The notes beneath the pieces were generated by a model. The model made no database searches and had not been told where the DNA came from. It saw nothing but the letters and a program-made list of their open reading frames with translations. A stretch of DNA of 64,000 bases from the sequence record OR896157.1; one strand, 5' to 3'. Source of the DNA: a phage. Position 1 is the stretch's first letter, and each line of letters begins with the position of its first letter. The position numbers were made by a program, and so were the translations under genes. Shown here piece after piece: positions 19,063 through 28,298 of this stretch.

Positions 19063-19394
19063 TTGACCGCCTTAACGCCAGAAATGTTACGGATAGCTTC
19101 GTGTACTTCATCGAAGTCTTCTTTATTGACTGTAACTACCAGAGTTCGAGTAGTTTGTTTCTTTTTCCAGCGTTTGAAGAAAGTTTCTAAACGAAGGTCA
19201 TGAGCAGCAAAACTATCTTCGTCATTTTTGTAAACATAACCAGATTCGATTTCAACTACTGTGTATGGAGATGGGTTTTCATATTCTTCTACTTCTACAC
19301 CATCAAATAAGATTAGTGTATCATCGTGGTAATAACCTTCCCAGAAGGCTTCATCGTTATAGAATTCTTTCCAAAGTGCACCAGTAGTTTTCAT
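19059..19394 (-). CDS. hypothetical protein
   Basis: 111-aa ORF. Confidence 0.45.
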   Translation of the reverse strand: MKTTGALWKEFYNDEAFWEGYYHDDTLILFDGVEVEEYENPSPYTVVEIESGYVYKNDEDSFAAHDLRLETFFKRWKKKQTTRTLVVTVNKEDFDEVHEAIRNISGVKAVK

Positions 19395-19906
19395 TTCTTC
19401 ACCTCAGGAAATGCAGCTTCAATACGTTTAGCAATTGCTTTATCAAGACATTCACCGAAATTAGCATTTAAACGAGCAACTACTAGTTCTTCCCAGCGGT
19501 GTTCAGTCATTCGCATAGTGTCTTCAATGCGGTTTTCTAACTTTTTGACTGCTTCATCAATAATTTTAACAATTCGGTCTTGAATTGCATTAGCAGCTAC
19601 TCGTTCAGCTTCTTTATGCATGCGAGAATCAAGTTCCATCGTTGATTCAACATCGTTCCAACCTTTCTTTGTAAAGAAATCCTGGAGTTGATTCTTAATA
19701 GCCGCGTTTACATTAGGAATTCGAGCTCCAAGTAATTCAATTTCCTGCGAAACTGCTTTACGAATTTTGTTATCAGAGTCTTTAAGCACCATCTCTTTGA
19801 CGATGTTCTGAATAACTGACTGTTGCAAGGCGGCACGAATTTCAGTGCCTTCTGGGAACAGTTGACGAATTGTGTTGGTATCTAATTTTAAATCAATGAG
19901 TGACAT
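19391..19906 (-). CDS. hypothetical protein
   Basis: 171-aa ORF. Confidence 0.45.
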   Translation of the reverse strand: MSLIDLKLDTNTIRQLFPEGTEIRAALQQSVIQNIVKEMVLKDSDNKIRKAVSQEIELLGARIPNVNAAIKNQLQDFFTKKGWNDVESTMELDSRMHKEAERVAANAIQDRIVKIIDEAVKKLENRIEDTMRMTEHRWEELVVARLNANFGECLDKAIAKRIEAAFPEVKK

Positions 19907-19918
19907 AACAATTTCCTC

Positions 19919-20344
19919 TTAAATATCTGAATTCATCCAATCAATTGCTGATTGAGGTAAACATACTATCACAGAAAAGAATAAAGCAAGTACATAAGTG
20001 ATAACATAAAGGAATGCTGAACCAAATGACCAAGCAGCATTCCAGCCTTGACGATACTCTGAATAGATTAACTCAGGTCGTATTTCCAAATCGTACATTG
20101 AACCAACTTGTGCCATGCTATAAAATGCAGGTGAAATTTCTCTGTCAAATCTTCGACCATTTTGGTCTTCATAAACAGCAATGAATTCCAGATGAGAATA
20201 TTTTCCAGTTGAAGTTCCGGAATAAAGTTGAACTAATTCTGCTTTAACGAGCTGTTCCTTTGAAAAGTCAGGACGCACATCAGTAAAAATAGAGAAACAC
20301 CAAAAGCAAATTGCCGCTACAAGAAATTTCATGCGAGTTGTCAT
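19919..20344 (-). CDS. hypothetical membrane protein
   Basis: 141-aa ORF with N- and C-terminal hydrophobic helices. Confidence 0.45.
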   Translation of the reverse strand: MTTRMKFLVAAICFWCFSIFTDVRPDFSKEQLVKAELVQLYSGTSTGKYSHLEFIAVYEDQNGRRFDREISPAFYSMAQVGSMYDLEIRPELIYSEYRQGWNAAWSFGSAFLYVITYVLALFFSVIVCLPQSAIDWMNSDI

Positions 20345-20598
20345 TTTAATTCCTTCACAAATTTATGGAAACAGATTCGGCATTTCATCTGAAGTTGAGG
20401 AGTTTGCCAGTTAACTAATTGTACTTGAATACTATCACATTTTGGGCAAGGCGTAACTTGTTTAGCTGCTGCTTCACGTCGTTCAACCATTTCAATCATA
20501 GCATTCCAACGGGTAGCGGCCATAAGCCGCTCCATTCCTTCAGGGTCGTCTAAAATTTCTTGACTTAAGTCAATATCTTCTGCTAATTGCTTTTTCAT
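20341..20598 (-). CDS. hypothetical zinc-ribbon protein
   Basis: 85-aa ORF with CPKC...CRIC. Confidence 0.45.
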   Translation of the reverse strand: MKKQLAEDIDLSQEILDDPEGMERLMAATRWNAMIEMVERREAAAKQVTPCPKCDSIQVQLVNWQTPQLQMKCRICFHKFVKELK

Positions 20599-21593
20599 AC
20601 ACCAGCCTTAGGTTCAGAGATAACTTCTAACGAAATTCGCAATGTTTCCATCTGCCGTTTTAACTGAATGGTACGTGAACTGATTCGCGAAACTTCGTCG
20701 TTAAGATTACGCTTTTTCATTTCAAGTTCATTGAACTCTTCTTCAAGCTCGTTGATTTTTGCTTTAATAACTTTGCTTGCGTCTGCAGGAGTTTCAACAA
20801 TTTCTTTAACCGTGTTAGGAGTCATAATCGGCTCTTCTGGAGCAACGAAATCTTCCTTTTTCTTAATATTCAAGTTAACCATAATTTGATGCTGACGTGG
20901 CGTTTCAACAACAAGATTATAGAAACGGACAATATTCATTCGTTTAAGAGCTGAAATAATCTGCTTAGAGATTCGTTCCATATCACCATTTTCACGGCCA
21001 GCACGAATGGTGATAGTCATTACATCATCACTTTCTTCAATAAATGAAATTGTCGGAATGGTCCATTTACTAGTTGAAAGCATGAAGTTAGTTTTAGCTT
21101 TGTCGTTTTCAGTCAGAAAAGCTGCACCCAAACGTAACAGACGAGGAAACTCAAAAGAAAACTGATTAATGATGAAATTAACAGCGCTTTGATTATGCAT
21201 TTTATTTGTGTGCACATTAGTTTTATCACCATCAGCGTTATAATAAAGAGCATTGTATTCGTCAGGAGCTTGCATTAAGTAATGACGAAGACGGTTATTT
21301 GCTTTAACACGACGGAGAATTCCACTGGTGCGCAGTACATCAATCCAGGCGTCGGGTTTGTTCGCATCTCCAGCAGCTATTCGCGTAGAGTTGATGCGAG
21401 CGTCAATTCCCATTTTACCAAATTCAGTGTTTAAAATGGTTGAAATCCACTGACGAATACATCCAAGTTTTTCAATTCGGTCAGCTCGTAATCCTTCGCC
21501 TGGGACGAAGTTGAAAGATGCTTCAGCATTAGCAATAAGTTCTTTGATGTAAGTATTGAAATTGTTGTTGGTCAACACATTTACTAATTTCAT
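20595..21593 (-). CDS. hypothetical protein (332 aa, C-terminal coiled coil)
   Basis: long ORF, nrdC.x region. Confidence 0.55.
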   Translation of the reverse strand: MKLVNVLTNNNFNTYIKELIANAEASFNFVPGEGLRADRIEKLGCIRQWISTILNTEFGKMGIDARINSTRIAAGDANKPDAWIDVLRTSGILRRVKANNRLRHYLMQAPDEYNALYYNADGDKTNVHTNKMHNQSAVNFIINQFSFEFPRLLRLGAAFLTENDKAKTNFMLSTSKWTIPTISFIEESDDVMTITIRAGRENGDMERISKQIISALKRMNIVRFYNLVVETPRQHQIMVNLNIKKKEDFVAPEEPIMTPNTVKEIVETPADASKVIKAKINELEEEFNELEMKKRNLNDEVSRISSRTIQLKRQMETLRISLEVISEPKAGV

Positions 21594-21633
21594 TTCTATT
21601 CCTTCATTGTCAGGCGTAAATTTGATTGAGAAT

Positions 21634-21665
21634 CCGTGAAACCATTATACATCACGGATTCCTAA
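21634..21665 (-). promoter_or_regulatory. 10-bp perfect inverted repeat hairpin (GAATCCGTGA...TCACGGATTC)
   Basis: intergenic between ORFs 21673-22446 and 20595-21593; no clear U-run. Confidence 0.4.
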
Positions 21666-21672
21666 AGCATTT

Positions 21673-22446
21673 TTAAATTTTTACTTTTGTTGGACGCTTA
21701 AAGAACGAATGAGTGCTATCGTCTTTAGCATGCTCAAAAGTTGCAGAGAATTCAATAATTCCACGATAATCCATCGGAACTGCTTTTGGTAATGAGCCAT
21801 AAACAGTAGCACCGTTTTCAAGACGGACAGTCATTTTGACTTGCATTCCATAATAGTCTTCCCAGCACTTAACTGAAACGACTTTACCTTTCACTGTTTG
21901 CTTACCAGTGGGTGCTTCACCTTTATTCTTTTTGAATGATTCATATAGTTCATCAAAGAATTTCTTAGAAGCTTCTTGAATAGCCATAAGAATGTTCTTA
22001 TGAGCTCTGACTTCAACCATCATAACAGTGGTGAAATCTTCAAGTTCCCAGCGTTTGTAAGGCTCACGGACCTCGATAGGGCAACCGTAAAGCTTAAGTT
22101 CAACATACATTGCTGCAGTTAAACGAAGTTTCCACCATCCATGGTCTCTTGTGTACTCTGGTTTGTCAAAGTAATCAAGTTCCGTAACGTATGGAAGATA
22201 ACTACCAGCGTGATATGCTTCCACTTCGCCATGTTCATTTTCCCAGAGATAACCATCGAACGGAGCATGTGGACGATCATCAATTCCCCAGGTTGGAGCA
22301 ACCACCTTATCAAATCCTTCACGACCGTAGTGGGTCTTCGCCCATCCAGCATTCAATTCCAAAGCGCGTTCTTCAACTTTCGCCCGGCGTGCAGCATGTG
22401 CTTTACGATTTTCATCTAAGATTGAGTCGATGATTTCAGTTAGCAT
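21673..22446 (-). CDS. hypothetical protein (257 aa)
   Basis: track ORF trimmed to ATG at 22446 with GGAGA SD, 23 nt downstream of predicted TSS. Confidence 0.55.
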   Translation of the reverse strand: MLTEIIDSILDENRKAHAARRAKVEERALELNAGWAKTHYGREGFDKVVAPTWGIDDRPHAPFDGYLWENEHGEVEAYHAGSYLPYVTELDYFDKPEYTRDHGWWKLRLTAAMYVELKLYGCPIEVREPYKRWELEDFTTVMMVEVRAHKNILMAIQEASKKFFDELYESFKKNKGEAPTGKQTVKGKVVSVKCWEDYYGMQVKMTVRLENGATVYGSLPKAVPMDYRGIIEFSATFEHAKDDSTHSFFKRPTKVKI

Positions 22447-22476
22447 TTTGTTTCTCCGTTGGTTGATTACGAGACT

Positions 22477-22506
22477 ATCATATACTAACTTTTTGTTGTT
22501 GTAAAC
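22477..22506 (-). promoter_or_regulatory. T4-type early promoter (GTTTAC-N18-TATGAT)
   Basis: minus-strand -35/-10 with 18-nt spacer; drives ORF 21673-22446. Confidence 0.6.
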
Positions 22507-22516
22507 GGTTGAATGC

Positions 22517-22548
22517 GGATTCACCAGAACGGTTGAGAGGAACTTTCT
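22517..22548. repeat. 32-bp element GGATTCACCAGAACGGTTGAGAGGAACTTTCT, copy A (identical copy at 45549-45580)
   Basis: exact 32/32 repeat 23 kb apart, both immediately upstream of the -35 of an early promoter and downstream of a terminator. Confidence 0.7.
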
Positions 22549-22580
22549 TAGGAAGGATGATAAATCATATTACGAGGATA

Positions 22581-22605
22581 CAAAAATGCCCCAGCGAAGC
22601 CGGGG
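22581..22605 (-). terminator. intrinsic terminator
   Basis: minus-strand CCCCGGC-UUC-GCUGGGG followed by AUUUUUGUAU. Confidence 0.55.
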
Positions 22606-22611
22606 CGAACT

Positions 22612-23040
22612 TTAGTGATAAGCTGGAGTATTAGGGTCGCCAGAGAACCACACAGACTTTTCTATAACAGCTGTTTGCATTTGATTGTTATAAAGAGTCT
22701 CATTGATAATTTTTTCCATCTCAAATAAATGCGCAGCTTGCAGTTGCTCACGGTCCATTGCGATTAAAGCTTTACATTTTTCTTTCATATAAGTTCGTTT
22801 GCCAATCTGTCTTCCTACCAATGGCACTTCACTTCCCAATTTAAGCCAGTTATTAAAAGCAGCATCCGTAGAGTTTTTGTATTCTGCTATAGAATCAGTC
22901 ATACGATTATAAAAGTCTAATTTTGCTTCTTTGTTGTTCTTTCGAAGCATTTCTAAGGCTGTAGATTTCAAACTCACCGCTTCCACTCCTCTGTTCGACC
23001 TATTCGGTCCGGGTGACAATTCCAGAAATAGTCCTTGCAC
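22612..23040 (-). CDS. hypothetical protein
   Basis: 142-aa ORF; start uncertain (overlaps upstream ORF). Confidence 0.4.
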   Translation of the reverse strand: MQGLFLELSPGPNRSNRGVEAVSLKSTALEMLRKNNKEAKLDFYNRMTDSIAEYKNSTDAAFNNWLKLGSEVPLVGRQIGKRTYMKEKCKALIAMDREQLQAAHLFEMEKIINETLYNNQMQTAVIEKSVWFSGDPNTPAYH

Positions 23041-23408
23041 TTATTTCCATTAGTGCGACAAAACTTTTGCTGGTATGATTTCTTTTTAAATGGCTCACCG
23101 CAACTTGGACATACTAATGTAGTGCCAACTTTCATTAATGCATTATTTCGGTAGATGGGTTCCATGATATCATACCTGGTTGTTGTGGCCTTCTTTTGAG
23201 GACTTTGACTATTATGCTCTTTGACTTCTGTAAGCTTTCTTTCTCGAGTTGTGCTAGTCCTTTGACTACTGTTGAGAAGTCTGAGGACTTCAATTCGGTC
23301 ACCATGCAAGTTGATGGGCCGAGGCTCGTGACCATATTCTTCATTTTCATAGTCTTCGTCTTCATAATCATCATACCAATCGTTTAGTTCATCTAATCCG
23401 TAGCCCAT
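22974..23408 (-). CDS. hypothetical zinc-finger protein
   Basis: 144-aa ORF; acidic N-terminus, CPSCGEP...CRTNGNKCKDYFWNCH. Confidence 0.5.
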   Translation of the reverse strand: MGYGLDELNDWYDDYEDEDYENEEYGHEPRPINLHGDRIEVLRLLNSSQRTSTTRERKLTEVKEHNSQSPQKKATTTRYDIMEPIYRNNALMKVGTTLVCPSCGEPFKKKSYQQKFCRTNGNKCKDYFWNCHPDRIGRTEEWKR

Positions 23409-23624
23409 TCATTTACCTACAATTAAAACACCAACCATGAAAATAATCCAGAATGGATAGAATAAAATCATAGACCATTCTGCTAACCATTTAACTACTT
23501 TTTGTTTAGTAGTGTGACAGCTTGATGCCGGCATTCCAAGACACCAAGCGAAAGTTTTAAGAAAAGCAACTCCACCTAGTAAATAAACCACTATTGCTAA
23601 AGCAATAAGAACTGGAATTACCAC
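23409..23624 (-). CDS. hypothetical small membrane protein
   Basis: 71-aa ORF, two hydrophobic helices. Confidence 0.45.
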   Translation of the reverse strand: MVIPVLIALAIVVYLLGGVAFLKTFAWCLGMPASSCHTTKQKVVKWLAEWSMILFYPFWIIFMVGVLIVGK

Positions 23625-23800
23625 GGGCTTGAATCCTTAGGAATATCAGAAGCCCACACCGCTGCCGTGGCTATTTCTTCACCTTCTAATGTTAACGTTA
23701 CGCGCATAGTTGAGTCTTTGTAAGATGGAGCATAGACATCAAATTGCGCATTCTCTTTTAAATAAGTTTTGATGAACTCTTTGAGTTGTTCACTTGTCAT
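23618..23800 (-). CDS. hypothetical protein
   Basis: 60-aa ORF. Confidence 0.35.
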   Translation of the reverse strand: MTSEQLKEFIKTYLKENAQFDVYAPSYKDSTMRVTLTLEGEEIATAAVWASDIPKDSSPW

Positions 23801-24257
23801 GAGTTTTCACCATTTCGTCATACACTTCAATGCATTTAATCCACAATTGAGGAGTTACTGTATCATACATTGCTGAATTGATTTCTTTTGCTTTAAGCTT
23901 CCATTCGTTGTAATAAGCATTTACTGCTTGATGTCCTTTATAAACTTCATCCATTTTACGGACAGCTTCTTTGGCCCAGTACAAGAACTCGCCAATTACC
24001 TTAGCCCAATAAGAATCTAGAACAAAGATATTTTCTGAATCACTTTCGGCCATTTTCATTGTAACTTCGAGTTCTCGCCAGGATGCTCTAAGTTCACCTA
24101 AGACATTTGGCTGGTTACCATGATTAAACCTATATAACTCTTCACAAAGTTTAATAGCGAGCTTCTCTTGTTTACCTTGAACCATTCCTTGGTAAATATG
24201 CGCCGGAGGGTAAACAGAAGTTTGTGCAACCCAGTCTTTTACTTTTTGAATGCTCAC
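23790..24257 (-). CDS. hypothetical protein
   Basis: 155-aa ORF. Confidence 0.5.
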   Translation of the reverse strand: MSIQKVKDWVAQTSVYPPAHIYQGMVQGKQEKLAIKLCEELYRFNHGNQPNVLGELRASWRELEVTMKMAESDSENIFVLDSYWAKVIGEFLYWAKEAVRKMDEVYKGHQAVNAYYNEWKLKAKEINSAMYDTVTPQLWIKCIEVYDEMVKTHDK

Positions 24258-24757
24258 AGTTTCACCTCAACTCGTTCTTTACTTTTAACGCCCTTCCCAT
24301 TATCAGAATATTTGCGTTCCATAACAAAATCATATGGGTCATCAATATCCATACACATCCAGAAAACACCGAGCTGAATATTTTTAGGGTTACAATTTTC
24401 TGAACCTGTGCAACGCCCTTGGTCACGACGAGTATAACGATGACAACCATTTTCGTCCATAATAGTTTCGTAACCTGTACGACGGTCTGGGCCAAGGTCT
24501 TTGAATTTCGTCATCAAGACTTTATCACCAGATAGAGTTTCGTAAGTCCAACCTTCTTCGAAATAAGATGGATTTCCGTCTTTTGATTGAACCATAACAA
24601 TAACGTCTTCAATGTTCTGGTCATCATTATAAGTGCCAAGATGCCATACAGCTTGATATTGATTCTCGGCTTTTACAGTTGCTACACGGAACTTTTCGTC
24701 CCAAATACCGTTGACAAAACGCTTAAATTTAATTTCATAAGTGATTAATTTACTCAT
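24254..24757 (-). CDS. hypothetical protein
   Basis: 167-aa ORF. Confidence 0.5.
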   Translation of the reverse strand: MSKLITYEIKFKRFVNGIWDEKFRVATVKAENQYQAVWHLGTYNDDQNIEDVIVMVQSKDGNPSYFEEGWTYETLSGDKVLMTKFKDLGPDRRTGYETIMDENGCHRYTRRDQGRCTGSENCNPKNIQLGVFWMCMDIDDPYDFVMERKYSDNGKGVKSKERVEVKL

Positions 24758-24767
24758 TATAATTTCC

Positions 24768-25118
24768 TCAGATTAAGCCTAATGCACGTTTTTCTTCAGG
24801 GTTCAATTTAGATAAAGCATATTGTTTTACTTTTTCTAAACGAGCAACTCGTTCTGCTTCTGTTTCAGTGCGAATTTCAAAACCATCTTTCTTTAAGAAA
24901 GAAAGTTTGCTTCCGTCTTCAAAGGTAAGTGTCAAAGCTTTGACAGGATGCCGGTCAACTGTACCGTTTGAACCATACCAGGATTTACCAGCGACACTCT
25001 CTTCAGCTTTAAAATAAGAGTCATAGTAACCATAAACTTCTGAGCGGCGGTCGTCTGGTGAAACTCTGGCGACATAGACGTCTGATTCTTTTACACTGAT
25101 TACTTTCATTGTACCCAT
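24768..25118 (-). CDS. hypothetical protein
   Basis: 116-aa ORF. Confidence 0.5.
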   Translation of the reverse strand: MGTMKVISVKESDVYVARVSPDDRRSEVYGYYDSYFKAEESVAGKSWYGSNGTVDRHPVKALTLTFEDGSKLSFLKKDGFEIRTETEAERVARLEKVKQYALSKLNPEEKRALGLI

Positions 25119-25252
25119 TCTCCATTTTCGTCGATATAATTAATCCAGTTTGAAATAGTCCAAGAAGAAGTATTTCCTTTAGGAACATCAACAATATACA
25201 TTCCGCTTTTAAATAAAATTCGCTTTACATCATTGGAAATTAAAGAAGCCAT
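25116..25252 (-). CDS. hypothetical small protein (45 aa, not in track)
   Basis: manual translation MASLISNDVKRILFKSGMYIVDVPKGNTSSWTISNWINYIDENGEWVQ; ATGA overlap with next gene. Confidence 0.3.
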
Positions 25253-25268
25253 AATATTTTCCTCAATT

Positions 25269-25282
25269 GGGGCTTTCGCCCC
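25269..25282 (-). promoter_or_regulatory. GC hairpin GGGGC-GAAA-GCCCC between ATPase gene and small ORF
   Basis: perfect 5-bp stem with GAAA/UUUC loop; no U-run. Confidence 0.4.
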
Positions 25283-25290
25283 GTGGTTGA

Positions 25291-26268
25291 TTATTTCAGC
25301 ATAGTTACTTCAGCAATTTCAGTCCAGTTTTTCTCGTCAGTAGCGACGAAATCTGCCAGGTAAAGAGCTGTGCGGAGAGATACATTACGAAGACGATTAA
25401 CGTTGTTTTGCATAAATGCCAGAACGTCAAGTACTTGGTAGTGTTTTAATCCGCGATTTTGCAACATGTCGGTTGTCATAATAACATCTTCAACGCGAGA
25501 CATGATTTCTTCGTTTGTGTGAACTCCGAGGTCCAAATAAACAGAACGAGATACTAAAGCAGAAAGATGTGGAGCTAATTTGCTGCCGCGTTCTAATTCT
25601 TTATCAATATCAACGTTAGTGATGAATACGACAGTACCTTCAAATTCAAATTCGTTTGGAATATCTTTTTCTTCCAGGAAAGCAGAAGCAGTTGACCAGC
25701 AAACTTTACGTTTTTCGCCAGAATCAAGAGCAGCTTTCAGAAGGTTCAGAATGTCCATATCAGAAAATACATCCACATCGTCAATAAGCAGAACAGAATT
25801 TGAATGACGAGATTCCCAGAGACGGCAGTAAAGACCGATACCAGAAATTTTACCGTTAACCATTTTGTATTCAATATCACCGCGAGCATCTGCTTTAGTT
25901 AATGCTTTATCTAAGGAGAAAGTTTTACCGATACCAGCAGCACCTGAGATAATCAGTGAACGAATGTTCCCGTTAACCAGACCAGCAGTCATTAACCCCA
26001 TAACGTTGAAGCGTTTAGCGATACGTGCTTTCATTTCTTCAACAGATTCGGTCAAAACTTCTTTGACTTCTTGACCTTCAATTTTGTAATCACCGTGGAA
26101 AACCCATACTCCGCGTTTCTTACCATCGATGTTTACGAATACTTTACCATCACCCTGAGCAGCATCAGATTCTGATAAATCTTTTGGGAACCACTCGCCC
26201 AGAAGTTCGAAGGTACCAGAGATTTCTTTACCGAAGTTAGTACCTTTAGCGATAGTGATGGTTTTCAT
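25291..26268 (-). CDS. P-loop NTPase (AAA-like)
   Basis: 325-aa ORF; Walker A GAAGIGKT, Walker B-like LLIDDVD. Confidence 0.6.
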   Translation of the reverse strand: MKTITIAKGTNFGKEISGTFELLGEWFPKDLSESDAAQGDGKVFVNIDGKKRGVWVFHGDYKIEGQEVKEVLTESVEEMKARIAKRFNVMGLMTAGLVNGNIRSLIISGAAGIGKTFSLDKALTKADARGDIEYKMVNGKISGIGLYCRLWESRHSNSVLLIDDVDVFSDMDILNLLKAALDSGEKRKVCWSTASAFLEEKDIPNEFEFEGTVVFITNVDIDKELERGSKLAPHLSALVSRSVYLDLGVHTNEEIMSRVEDVIMTTDMLQNRGLKHYQVLDVLAFMQNNVNRLRNVSLRTALYLADFVATDEKNWTEIAEVTMLK

Positions 26269-26305
26269 TTTATTCTCCGAGTTTCTATTTGTTTGGTATG
26301 AGGTA

Positions 26306-26335
26306 ATAGTATCATCATCTCATACCGTTGTAAAC
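26306..26335 (-). promoter_or_regulatory. T4-type early promoter (GTTTAC-N18-TACTAT) embedded in 8-bp dyad
   Basis: minus-strand motifs; GGTATGAG...CTCATACC flank the -10. Confidence 0.6.
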
Positions 26336-26342
26336 AATATTT

Positions 26343-26560
26343 TTAAACTAATTCTAAAATTTCGTTGATGTAGTAAGGACGAACTTTAGAGTCCAAGAAG
26401 AACTCATCAACGAAGTCAATCAGTTCGTCAGTAGTACCAAAGATGTTTGCTAATTTAGAAAAAACTTCCCCGACCATCAAAGCTTCAAATTTAACATTGT
26501 ACTGACGAGCTACTTCTTCGGCTTTTGCAACGTTGTTTACTACGATTTGTAAAGTTTTCA
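26343..26560 (-). CDS. hypothetical protein (72 aa)
   Basis: track ORF trimmed to ATG at 26560 with GGAGA SD. Confidence 0.5.
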
Positions 26561-26589
26561 TTTTGTTCTCCTTTGGTTTTGATAGTGCT

Positions 26590-26619
26590 ATAATACCATA
26601 TGCTATAGCACTTGTAAAC
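26590..26619 (-). promoter_or_regulatory. T4-type early promoter (GTTTAC-N18-TATTAT)
   Basis: minus-strand motifs; AGTGCTATA...TATAGCACT dyad around -10. Confidence 0.6.
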
Positions 26620-26626
26620 AATATTT

Positions 26627-26911
26627 TTAAGCAATGTATGGAGTTGCTGAACCGTCTGAATAACGCGCCCATACTTCGTTGCCGACGTTGAAAAGTTTTG
26701 CTTTACGACCGTTAGGCATCTGAACCATTTTGCTTTTAACCGGAGTTACAGCTTCAATCAAAGTTCCAGCAGCTTTTGCATTTTCTTTAGTTTTAAGAAT
26801 TTTTTCCATGTATTCAACGTATTCGATGATAGCAGGTGCCATATGCTGTTTGTGGCCCATACCGCCAAAATCGAATTCAGTTACTGCGTAGAAAGTTTTT
26901 GAAGTAGCCAT
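26627..26911 (-). CDS. hypothetical protein
   Basis: 94-aa ORF. Confidence 0.5.
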   Translation of the reverse strand: MATSKTFYAVTEFDFGGMGHKQHMAPAIIEYVEYMEKILKTKENAKAAGTLIEAVTPVKSKMVQMPNGRKAKLFNVGNEVWARYSDGSATPYIA

Positions 26912-26952
26912 TTTATTATCCTTGATTTTTGTTACCGTTTAGTTGATAGAGA

Positions 26953-26982
26953 TATAGTATCAAAACTTAAAGCATCTGTAAA
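26953..26982 (-). promoter_or_regulatory. T4-type early promoter (GTTTAC-N18-TACTAT)
   Basis: minus-strand motifs. Confidence 0.6.
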
Positions 26983-27030
26983 CACTTTTTGAAAACTTTC
27001 TTCAAAAACAACAAAACCTCCCGAAGGAGG

Positions 27031-27291
27031 TTATTTTGAGTGTTTTTCTAGCTGACGTTCAGCAAACAGCTTTGGCTGCATTAACAACCAACTTAAGATA
27101 CGCCAGATGACTTGTATGACACCGACAGGTAGCCATAATATAATACTAAACAAGTAATTAAAAGGTGTCTCTATGAACCCTCGTTTAACGAGAGCGTTTG
27201 TGATGAGCCACCCGACGGCTAGATAAACCAATACAATAAAGACGGGCATAATCCACCATAGTTGAGCCAAAAGTAAAGTAACCATAATCAC
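27031..27291 (-). CDS. hypothetical membrane protein
   Basis: 86-aa ORF, two hydrophobic helices. Confidence 0.5.
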   Translation of the reverse strand: MIMVTLLLAQLWWIMPVFIVLVYLAVGWLITNALVKRGFIETPFNYLFSIILWLPVGVIQVIWRILSWLLMQPKLFAERQLEKHSK

Positions 27292-28298
27292 CTGTAGTAA
27301 GAGTTGTGGTTCGCCAGATAAACTTCTTCAAGGAACTTGTCCCAGAATGTCATGTCAACTTTATCAGGCATACCGTTTTTAGAAGCGATGATGCTTTGAC
27401 GTTCAACTTCATCTACACAGTTTTCTAACCACTCTTGAACTTCTTTGAATGGAATAGTGCCGGCTTTAACTTTCTTGATGAACTCAGCATCTTTAAGCGG
27501 ATAAACCAAATCACCGGTTGTGTAGATTTCCTGGAGCTGAAGACCACCACGAAGAGCATGAGACAGAGCTTTCCAGTCTACACCTTCGTTAGCTTCTGCT
27601 TTACGAGCACGTTCACCGTATTCGTTCCAGAGCTTAGTAAGACTGTATTTCATTTCGGCAACAGTGATTGTTGTCTGGAATTTACGACCAAGCACGTTGT
27701 AGAACTTCTGAACGCCAGATTTGTGGTCAACAAAATCAGTCCACTCAAGGAACTCTGAAGTTGGAAGCAGATGAGCAATATCAGCAACTTTCCAACGAAC
27801 ATTGTGAGCTTTATCTTTTGGACGGTCTTCGTATTTCCATTCTGGATAAGGCTCTAATACTTCAAGAACTTTACGAAGTTCAGCTAAACGAGAACCTTTG
27901 ACACCATACTTAGCTGCTTGCTTACGAACATAACCAAGATAAGCTTTCATATCGGTGGTGTAGAAACGCCAGCGGTTGTCTTGGATAAATTTCCAGACAT
28001 CAGGCAGGTCAGATTTAACAATCAGATTAGCAGGAGTATGAAGCATATCAAGAGCAACAGTTTCTCCTGACTGAGCGAGTTCCAACCAATACTTGAGAGA
28101 ATAGAGTTCATGGTCAACGTCATCGTGAGAATTCTTTGTTGAAGTGTTGTTAGTATTCATATTAGTATGGTTCATTGCACGACCCATAAGAATATCTTTT
28201 GGGTGTGGAACGAAGATTTCTTTGAAGTCCGTGTCACTTTCTGGTGTTGACGTACCGTAAAGATGGCTACCGAAGTAGCCTTTCATAACTGTTTTCAT
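27288..28298 (-). CDS. nucleotidyltransferase-fold protein (Pol-beta superfamily motif GS-x9-DxD)
   Basis: 336-aa ORF; N-terminal FGSHLYGTSTPESDTDF; helical C-terminal domain. Confidence 0.5.
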   Translation of the reverse strand: MKTVMKGYFGSHLYGTSTPESDTDFKEIFVPHPKDILMGRAMNHTNMNTNNTSTKNSHDDVDHELYSLKYWLELAQSGETVALDMLHTPANLIVKSDLPDVWKFIQDNRWRFYTTDMKAYLGYVRKQAAKYGVKGSRLAELRKVLEVLEPYPEWKYEDRPKDKAHNVRWKVADIAHLLPTSEFLEWTDFVDHKSGVQKFYNVLGRKFQTTITVAEMKYSLTKLWNEYGERARKAEANEGVDWKALSHALRGGLQLQEIYTTGDLVYPLKDAEFIKKVKAGTIPFKEVQEWLENCVDEVERQSIIASKNGMPDKVDMTFWDKFLEEVYLANHNSYYR

